A stretch of DNA of 62,329 bases, filler included, from Stramenopiles sp. TOSAG23-2 (taxonomy: Eukaryota): the NCBI GenBank assembly GCA_900128395.1. It is 5 parts of 5 records of this genome, joined end to end, with 100 filler letters (N's around TTAATTAATTAA, not from the genome) between each part and the next. Parts side by side here need not be neighbours in the genome. Positions count along the whole stretch, not along the records: positions 49,967 to 62,329 come from LT649861.1; 4 more parts are not named here. One strand, 5' to 3'. Below the pieces are notes generated by a model, which did no database searches, was not told the DNA's origin, and worked only from the letters and a program-made list of their open reading frames with translations. The position numbers and the translations under genes were made by a program. Positions 54,731 to 62,329 of the stretch are shown here, piece by piece; position 1 is the first letter of the stretch; each line of letters opens with the position of its first letter.

Positions 54731-55130
54731 TCCGGATAGTTACCGGTTGTTGTTCACAACAGGATCTTTCACTTCGACAGCCTCACCGTTTTCGAATGAA
54801 CCGACGTCCCTCGTGTTCAACGAGAACGCAGGAAAGGATAGAAACCTACTCATGCTTGTAGAGTACTCGTATTAGTTTGCAGAGATGCATTAGAGCTTTA
54901 CTATACGTTCGTAGATAGTAGGATAGCATATAATTTTTTTAATGGTTAAAATCTAAGTGTTATAATAATTTTACATATTATATATATATATAATTATTCT
55001 TGTGATTGAGTATTGAGCATCATATTAATTTACACCACGGGAAGTAAAATTATTACGAACTCGTATACGCGTACGAACTCGTATGATAACACTTACGACG
55101 TACGAATGATATATTCGTAGATTTTAACCC
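54731..55130 (+). repeat. Dispersed repeat family A, longest copy (with 5' GC-rich extension 54731-54851)
   Basis: Shares all modules with copies 1 and 2 and ends in tagattttaacc. Confidence 0.8.
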
Positions 55131-55199
55131 ACCCTTTTTTTATATTTTAAATTTATATTTTAAGTTTATACGTAATATTTTTTTTATAGTGTGGTAATA

Positions 55200-55239
<40 letters not shown>

Positions 55240-55281
55240 CCCGACAGTGTTCGTCGACCAAAAAGTAAAAATCACTCTTTT

Positions 55282-56813
55282 TCACTTCTTCGATGCCATA
55301 TCCATTAAGTCTAATAAATCATCATCGCTATCGTCATCATCATCATCATCGCTGTCATTTTCTTTACTATTTCCAGAGCCGCTACGTTTCCCTCCACCAC
55401 CTGTTAATGAAGTATCGCCATCATCATCATCAAATCCCAAATCAGCCATTTGTTGTTGAACGCTTTTACGAGTTGCTTTTGCATCAATTGACACACGTTG
55501 TGCAACTCGTTCGTTTTTCCCACCACCAGAATTATCATCACTAAATAAATCAAAATTTAAATTTAATGTAAACTTTGAATTTCTGCCATTACTATTATCA
55601 TTGTCACCATCTTCTTCATCACCAGCTTTACCTTCTGTTTCTTCAACTGCATGGCCTAGAAGATTTGCCAATAAATTCAATTCAGCTCGCCCACCAGTTT
55701 GATTACTAGGAGATGCCTTTACACCACGATTATTGTATGGAACGCTAGGTTTTACACGCTGTACAGGAGATCTTCCAGTATTATTATTATTATTATTATT
55801 GTTCTTACTATTAACCGAGGAATCGTTTTCATCTCTCCTAATAGCTTTCTTAGATTTGCCACTACTACCGTTTTTATCATATGACGGCTGTAAATTAGGA
55901 ATTTTCTCATTTTCATACATATTATTACCTAAATTACAATTTCGCTCTTTCAATGGCTGCATACAATCTTCTGCCCAATCAAAAATATTGCCTGATTCTT
56001 GAATCAGATTATCATTTTTATCGTATATTCGTTTCATGCCAGGAATGTCACCGCCAGCTATTACTGGTCCACCGATAAATATTTTGAAAGTTCCATCAGA
56101 ATTTTGCACTTTTTCTTGCAAAAATATTGACACCTGAAATATGTAAAATAACCAGATTAAGCGTTAGCTTGCATTGAAAGTATGAAAATATGTTGGAATA
56201 TTATATACATATATATAATGGTGTCTATGAAATGCTATACATAAGAGGCAATAGGGTAAATAATTCAAAAAAATAAAATAAAAATGGTACCTACCTTGAC
56301 TTTCCGATCTTCAAAAAATCCATATAAAGTTTGTTTCAGCAAATATAAATTTCCATGGCTCATATTAGAATATGTATCAAGAACAAGCGATTTTGCATTG
56401 TCGAGCAACGCAATTACACCTTCCTCTTTAACCATACCGAATAAATTATCTAAGTGGTTCATAGTTATATCCATGAATTGTTCTGGTCCTATACATCGTA
56501 TTATTTGGTATTTAAAACCCATAGACATTAAATCGAAAAGTTTATCCATGCTATTTTCATTTAAACGCATTATAGATGAATGAGCTAATCGATCAAACAC
56601 TTGCCTCACAGATTTGTTTGTGTATACAGGCTGTGGTTTAAATAATGCAGTAATAAATTTTTTATTATACATAGTTCGTATCACATCGTGTAAAACTTTG
56701 AAACTTTTCGATTCTGGTATTTTTTGGGCTACTAAACGTTGTTGAAGTATATAAGCCATTTCACCACCCATATTAATGATCAACAACGGCATTGCAAGCA
56801 GGCGCCCAGACAT
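55282..56813 (-). CDS. OSCP1: OSCP1 homolog, two exons (56813-56295 and 56133-55282; 456 aa)
   Basis: MPLL.INMGGEM.YIL.QRL.AQ.I, RLAHSSIMRLN..SMDKLFDLM.MG.KYQ. Intron 56294-56134 is GTAGGT..GCTAAC..CAG, phase 0, joining KVK|VSIFLQ.K.Q..DG.F. Confidence 0.93.
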
Positions 56814-57550
56814 CTTAAATAACCTTCTTTTCCTTTCTTTCTCCTATAAAAATACGAATCTGATAAATATTGATATATATATATATATGTTGATTTGTTT
56901 GTTTCTTTGCTGATAAATGAAATATTACATTATTAAATTATTTATTAGTACTATTTTATATATAATATATATAAAAAAAGATTATTTATTATTACTACTA
57001 CCAGATAGACTACATGTACCAGCCGCCGTATAATTCATATTATGAAATAATAAAAAAATTCAAATAAATAAGAGCTGGTACGTGGTGGTAGACTAAGCTG
57101 TCTGGGCTGTTACTGGGCCAGCAGCCCGGCTGGGCTGGCCTTTTAGGCTGTACAGTAGGCTGTACAGTAGTCTACGTGCTAGCTGGCTAGCTACCTTCTA
57201 TTTATAAGTCTAAGTACAAATGTAAGTCGTTTCAAGTAAAAAAATATAATAGATTATTTCAAATGCAACTCCAGAAGTGCAGAACTCCAGGAACTCCTGG
57301 AACTCCCAAAAAGACTAGCCAGAACTCCGTTATAATATTAAATATTACCTTGGTATTAAAATATATAGGTTTTATATAGATAACAGACTAATAAACTAAT
57401 AAACTCAGACTTTTTATAATTATCAAAAAAATAAAAGAAATTATCAGCAATTTTATACTACTGATATTACTGCAGGCTTAATATGTTCACCTTCCTTGCA
57501 ACTTCATAAATAGCAAAATAAACGATTTTAACAAGTGTTGGAGTATTAAA

Positions 57551-60055
57551 ATGGAAGATACACGAACTGCAGATGTTTTGTTAGAGCCAATGACACCATC
57601 ACCGACAAATGTCATAACGTCAGAGTCGTCTAACATTGGCAAAGTCGATAGAATGAAACTGAACAGTTTGTGTAGAAGGTCTAAAAACATTCGAGAAAAA
57701 GTGAAAAATCATACAAGTATAGAATCTCGCATAAAGCGTTTGGATAATAAAAGACGGGCTAAGAATTTGCGTTTACTGCCAAAAATTGTACAAAGACCAA
57801 CCTTTCCGACTTTTGATGACAGTGATGAAGATGCAGATGACGAGTTTGCACTTCCACCGACGCCAAAAAGAAATACACAATATTCGAGTAGCTGCAACGT
57901 ATGCTTTCAAAACAAAACATGGTGTGACTTCCCCCACTTCCAAGTAAAGAATACAGTGCCTTTGAGTAAATTTGAATTACGGGCAAGGCAACGCGCTAGA
58001 ATAAGAATGGGAAAATCCTTTGAATGGTTGGATGAGAAGAAAGATAGAAATAGGTTGAAACAGTGGAACTTAAGGCATGTAATTTATAAACCAGAAGCTG
58101 CAAATACAATTCAAAGATATTGTCGTCGATTCATCATCAGAATATTCATAAATAGAATACATTCCAAATTTTTAAGGAGAGGAACATACAGCCATAAGAT
58201 TATCAGAGCAGCAATGCTAGATGCTCGTTTAAGGAAAGTTTTTTTTGTTACACAAATGCAAAAAGTTGTTAGAGGGCGTATTGGACGCTTAATTGTTAAA
58301 AGCAAACGGGTAACTTCCATACAAAAGCTTATTCGAGGCCATTTGGGGCGAGTACGTATATTTCGGCTGCGTAATTCCATCGCTCGTTTAAATGGCAGCT
58401 TACAAACCTTGTTCACATTTCAAGTGTGTTCTGGAAATGATTTAGCAAGTGCCGATAGCAACGGATTAAGCGATCCTTACTGTACTGTACAAGTATATGG
58501 AAAAGAAATAGGAAAAACAAAGAAAATGGAAAGAACCCTCAATCCAACTTGGAATAGTAAATTCTTTCCGACTAAAACATTCATACCAAAATCAATACCA
58601 TTGAATGGTATTGGTGGAAAGTGGTATTTGAAGGATGATCCTAAAAATGGCATGGATATCTATGAAGTGTTAACTAAAATAAATAAAGATGAATTAAATG
58701 CTACAATAGAAATTAGACATGAATACATGGCGAAAAATATATACTTACCTATTAGTTCTTTGGAAAAATTTCCTGCAGAATTTGCCACTCGAGCAAATCG
58801 TTTGAAGCCATCAAAACTACTTAATAAGAACAAAGACAAAAAGAAAGTAGAGGAAAAAAAGATCAAGGAAAAGAAAACAAGTAGTAATCTCGCAGTGTTT
58901 GATGAAATAGAATTTGCAGAAAAAATACAATTGAAATTGCATCGTGCTAGTAATTTGAAACGTGCTGATGGTATTTTTGGGAAAAGCGACCCTTTTGTTG
59001 AAGTATACTACAACGGAAGTTGTATTGCAAGAACCAAAGTCATCAAAAAAACATTGGATCCAGTGTGGAATGAAACCATAGAAGTTTTTATTCCTATTAA
59101 AAAAAACAATGATTCGTCTACTGACGATGACGACTTTGAAATTAAATTTGTGATTTTCGATTACGATTTTGCTGGCTCAAATGATTTCTTGGGACAAATT
59201 GTATTTGATAATAGAAGCAAATTCGAAGAAATACTAGGTACAGAAGAGATAATCACTTTGCCATTAACGGAAATGGAAAATAAAAAAGATAAGAAGATTA
59301 CTGGAAGTTTAACGTTTGAGGTAAATCGCATTGAACAGCTTCAGACACAAACAATTACAGACAAAGAAGTCAAAGCATCTACTGACGGCGAGCGCACAAA
59401 CCAATTGAATAATGGTACAAACGATGAATCCAAGCAAAGCACAAATATGGAAAATATACATAATAATGAATTGAACAGTACTAGCGATGATGTTCAAAAT
59501 GCCAAAATGTCCGAGAAGGTAAAAAATATTGGCTCTGGAAAATGGTATTATAAAGATCCAAGGAACTTCGAGCATGTTCATGGTCCATTATCTCTATCAA
59601 CATTTTTATATCACATTCATTCTAGAACAGTATATACGGAAGAAATTTGTAAGCTACTGGTACGCCATGAAAGTGTAGACTTTTACTTACCTCTGGGACA
59701 AGAAGATAGGTTTCCGCAAGGATGGTTTTCACGTGCGAAAAAAAATGTTAATGGCAATGTAAATATAATTAACTTTGAAGTGAAAGATAAGGATATGATG
59801 TCTTCAACTTCTTTGGGTATCGCTTCAATTTCACAATCTAATCTAGAAATTTTGTTAAATGAAGCGTTTGTAGATGATTATGTAAATAATTTAAAAACAA
59901 AGAAGAGGTGGATGGCTAAAGGCGATAAGAAAATGACGTATAAAGTTTTGAGACTAGAAGATAACGATAAGATAAAAAAACATACTGTTAAAGCTAAAGG
60001 CACTATTACCGTTGCGTATAAAGTAACTTATCATATGCATACAGCAAAACATTGA
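57551..60055 (+). CDS. IQ-motif / C2-domain protein with GYF-like inserts
   Basis: IQ-like IQRYCR, MQKVVRG, IQKLIRG; two DPY/DPF C2 motifs; WYYKDP....GP. Confidence 0.88.
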   Translation: MEDTRTADVLLEPMTPSPTNVITSESSNIGKVDRMKLNSLCRRSKNIREKVKNHTSIESRIKRLDNKRRAKNLRLLPKIVQRPTFPTFDDSDEDADDEFALPPTPKRNTQYSSSCNVCFQNKTWCDFPHFQVKNTVPLSKFELRARQRARIRMGKSFEWLDEKKDRNRLKQWNLRHVIYKPEAANTIQRYCRRFIIRIFINRIHSKFLRRGTYSHKIIRAAMLDARLRKVFFVTQMQKVVRGRIGRLIVKSKRVTSIQKLIRGHLGRVRIFRLRNSIARLNGSLQTLFTFQVCSGNDLASADSNGLSDPYCTVQVYGKEIGKTKKMERTLNPTWNSKFFPTKTFIPKSIPLNGIGGKWYLKDDPKNGMDIYEVLTKINKDELNATIEIRHEYMAKNIYLPISSLEKFPAEFATRANRLKPSKLLNKNKDKKKVEEKKIKEKKTSSNLAVFDEIEFAEKIQLKLHRASNLKRADGIFGKSDPFVEVYYNGSCIARTKVIKKTLDPVWNETIEVFIPIKKNNDSSTDDDDFEIKFVIFDYDFAGSNDFLGQIVFDNRSKFEEILGTEEIITLPLTEMENKKDKKITGSLTFEVNRIEQLQTQTITDKEVKASTDGERTNQLNNGTNDESKQSTNMENIHNNELNSTSDDVQNAKMSEKVKNIGSGKWYYKDPRNFEHVHGPLSLSTFLYHIHSRTVYTEEICKLLVRHESVDFYLPLGQEDRFPQGWFSRAKKNVNGNVNIINFEVKDKDMMSSTSLGIASISQSNLEILLNEAFVDDYVNNLKTKKRWMAKGDKKMTYKVLRLEDNDKIKKHTVKAKGTITVAYKVTYHMHTAKH

Positions 60056-60240
60056 AGGTATCATATGCATATGATGTAATGATAATGCTATGCATATGAT
60101 CATACAAAAATATGAAAAAATAAATATTATATCATAGGGTATATATTTATTTAAAATAATTTACATAAAAATATATACGAACGTTCGTATATGTCATACG
60201 ACGAGGTCGTATGATATTTAATTATACGCCTCGTATGATA

Positions 60241-62274
60241 CTACTTGTACGATAAACTTAAACGGTATTGCACTCCATAGCCAGGTTCCAATTTGATATC
60301 ATTTTCAAATGGTGTTTTCACTCTTGAGGGTACAACGGTATGTTGGCTCCATGGTCTAGGCAAATTTAGCGTTTGTTTCGCTTTCAAGGTTCTGAACCAT
60401 TTGTTTTCAACCATAGGCTTTGGAATTTGTTTTGTCTTTAAAAATTTTCTAATATCTGCCGTTTCAAAGAATTGCAAAAAAGGACGACGTTTACGTTGCA
60501 TTTGATAATAATTAATTGGGCAAACTTTATCTGTTGAAACACTATTAGCTGAAGTATTACGTCTTCCTATACCATTACGTAGAACTTTTCTATTTTTATA
60601 TTTGTTTTCAGCATTCGATGGAGGAACAAATATTGGGCTACAGACATATGGTATAACGTGTCCACGCTCTACATTTAAGCTTATCTGATTTTCTGGTATC
60701 TTAGCCTCTAATAATTGCCTTTCAACGAAACGGAGTTTTGCCTCTCTAACACTTCTTTCGACAATCGAAGGACGACTTTTCTTCATTTTGTATGAACTCT
60801 TTTTTTTACCGTTTTTAAAATGCAAATTTTTTTTACTAGAGGATAAAGAGTCACCTCCTATTGCACGAGACATTTTTTTCTGGGACAATTTACCACTTTT
60901 ATAGGTTTGATCCTCATTCCATTTTTCGTAATTACTTTCGAAACAAGTGTTTTTATTACTCAGTGCTGTCTGTTTTCTTCCTTTGTGATAATCAGAATAG
61001 TTTTTGGTAGTGGAAGCAAGCCTTGTAGGGACCGCATTTGGGACTGTTACAAAGCGATGTTGGGGAACAATGGCGGGAAGGATCTTCCTCTTATTTGAAG
61101 AAGATTTAACTTCTTCTTCTTCGAAACCAGGAAAATCTCTTTTGGTGTTGAATAATAACTTGAAGGTATTGTTATTATTATCTTTCTGTACATTTTTTGC
61201 TCGACTTGTGGTTAAATCTATTAAATCTCCTATCATATTTTGAACCAAACGTTCATGATCCTTATTTTGATAGGATAGCGACGGATTTCCATTTATTTCG
61301 AGCATCCATACATCTCCTTTTTCATCTACCATAAAATCAAAACCGAGAATCTCAAAATTATCTCTACGGTTATCGTTTGGATTCGAACCTATTTGTTTTC
61401 TTTCAGTGGCCATACAAGTAAACACCATGTCGCACATGGTCTTCATAATTTCCTCAATTTTTAATTTAACGTCATCAAAATTGATAGTATCTATAGAGGA
61501 CAGATAATTTTGAAACTGTTTCATAGTCCAAGTATTACCATCCTCATGAGCACCAAAATTTGAATGCTTTTTTTGTACCGACCAATTAGTTAAATGTATA
61601 TACCTGTCAAATGAATCCGTTTGATATTCTTCTGACGATAAACGAACGTACCACTCGTCGTAAATATAAGCTTCAATAGCCTTGTTTCCATCCTTAGAGG
61701 TGGTTAAAAGCATCCATGCACGTATATCAAATTTTCTTTTCTCAATTAGTAACGGGCGCTCTATGTATTTTTGCACAATCCAATGCTCTTTCCACCTTTC
61801 TTTTTCCCTGAGAAACTGCTTAACTTCTGAAACTTTTGAAAATATTTCTATCCCAATTCCCCGGTTTGCAGCCGCAGGTTTTATTAACCACATGTTTTTT
61901 TGACAATGATTTTTCATATGTTGTCCTTCACCCCGATTGCATTGCCTATGGACATCCAAAAAACGTTGAAATTGAGACGATTTTAGAGGGTGGTTGCCAT
62001 CTTCATCTAAGTTCTGCCAAAATGGCGATAAAATAATGGATATTGGCAAAAAGCTTGGCCACGGCGTCTGCGTTGCCTTCATGTATCTTTTTGCAGCATC
62101 TGCAAGGCCAACTTTTGTCATAACTTTTCTAAAATGCGGCATAAAATTCAAAACTTGTAATTTTTCACCATCTTCTAAGCCATAGCCCTTAGGAGGTGGA
62201 CCCTCTATGTGCTGGTAACCGCTCATACCTTGACTTCTTACTTTCCAAACAAAATTTGCATCCCATGTACGGGG
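60241..62274 (-). CDS. Tubulin-tyrosine ligase (TTL/TTLL) family protein, probably 5'-partial
   Basis: WLIKP...NRG.GI, IVQKYIERPLLI..RKFDIR, HLTN.SVQK, FEILGFDF..D, EINGNP. The frame is open upstream of ATG 62226 (WDANFVW). Confidence 0.92.
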   Translation of the reverse strand, partial: PRTWDANFVWKVRSQGMSGYQHIEGPPPKGYGLEDGEKLQVLNFMPHFRKVMTKVGLADAAKRYMKATQTPWPSFLPISIILSPFWQNLDEDGNHPLKSSQFQRFLDVHRQCNRGEGQHMKNHCQKNMWLIKPAAANRGIGIEIFSKVSEVKQFLREKERWKEHWIVQKYIERPLLIEKRKFDIRAWMLLTTSKDGNKAIEAYIYDEWYVRLSSEEYQTDSFDRYIHLTNWSVQKKHSNFGAHEDGNTWTMKQFQNYLSSIDTINFDDVKLKIEEIMKTMCDMVFTCMATERKQIGSNPNDNRRDNFEILGFDFMVDEKGDVWMLEINGNPSLSYQNKDHERLVQNMIGDLIDLTTSRAKNVQKDNNNNTFKLLFNTKRDFPGFEEEEVKSSSNKRKILPAIVPQHRFVTVPNAVPTRLASTTKNYSDYHKGRKQTALSNKNTCFESNYEKWNEDQTYKSGKLSQKKMSRAIGGDSLSSSKKNLHFKNGKKKSSYKMKKSRPSIVERSVREAKLRFVERQLLEAKIPENQISLNVERGHVIPYVCSPIFVPPSNAENKYKNRKVLRNGIGRRNTSANSVSTDKVCPINYYQMQRKRRPFLQFFETADIRKFLKTKQIPKPMVENKWFRTLKAKQTLNLPRPWSQHTVVPSRVKTPFENDIKLEPGYGVQYRLSLSYK

Positions 62275-62329
62275 ATGATGTAAAAAAAATGGATTGATTT
62301 ACATCTGTGCCAATAGTTGTTTTCATTTG

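Noticed and set aside
1-62329. Alternative genetic code or stop-codon reassignment
   Set aside because: Conserved genes are intact in the standard code and end with TAA, TAG or TGA. The breaks are explained by introns, duplications or single indels.
49967-62329. Contig 5 as a Polinton/virus or linear plasmid (UNG plus terminal inverted repeats)
   Set aside because: The UNG is the nuclear UNG2 type, all other genes are cellular, and there is no capsid, polB or integrase.

Overview
The window is AT-rich, gene-dense, intron-poor eukaryotic nuclear DNA in the standard genetic code. It probably comes from a flagellated protist (stramenopile-like by inference only). It is not one locus. Four artificial 100-nt linkers (44N-TTAATTAATTAA-44N) join five contigs sorted by length (12409, 12407, 12380, 12370, 12363 bp), so gene order across linkers is meaningless. 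About 25 protein genes are recognisable. They include a GT47 IRX10-like glycosyltransferase, an SLC52-like transporter, TOM1-like, SMP-30, an S1 sulfatase, RPS23, COX6B, VTA1, PDH E2-like, myosin, Mpv17, RADX-like, ATAD2-like, SLC25A39/40-like, DHRS12-like, UNG, OSCP1 and a TTL-family gene. The most notable items are: (1) a spliced GST + MAPR/cytochrome-b5 fusion gene missed by the ORF track; (2) a ~1000-aa protein with ~16 copies of an unrecognised P[FY]x5[IV]Pxx[IV]xxDR repeat, probably joined across a single frameshift to a Trf4/PAP-associated domain; (3) a RADX-like OB-fold protein in a protist; (4) a nested (split) C2-domain protein; (5) a restriction-like-endonuclease retrotransposon fragment next to (TA)n, plus a dispersed, variably 5'-truncated repeat family. 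Many 60-190-bp tandem duplications, 52-55-bp inverted duplications and 1-nt frameshifts most likely reflect assembly or amplification artefacts. No tRNA, rRNA or CRISPR array was seen.
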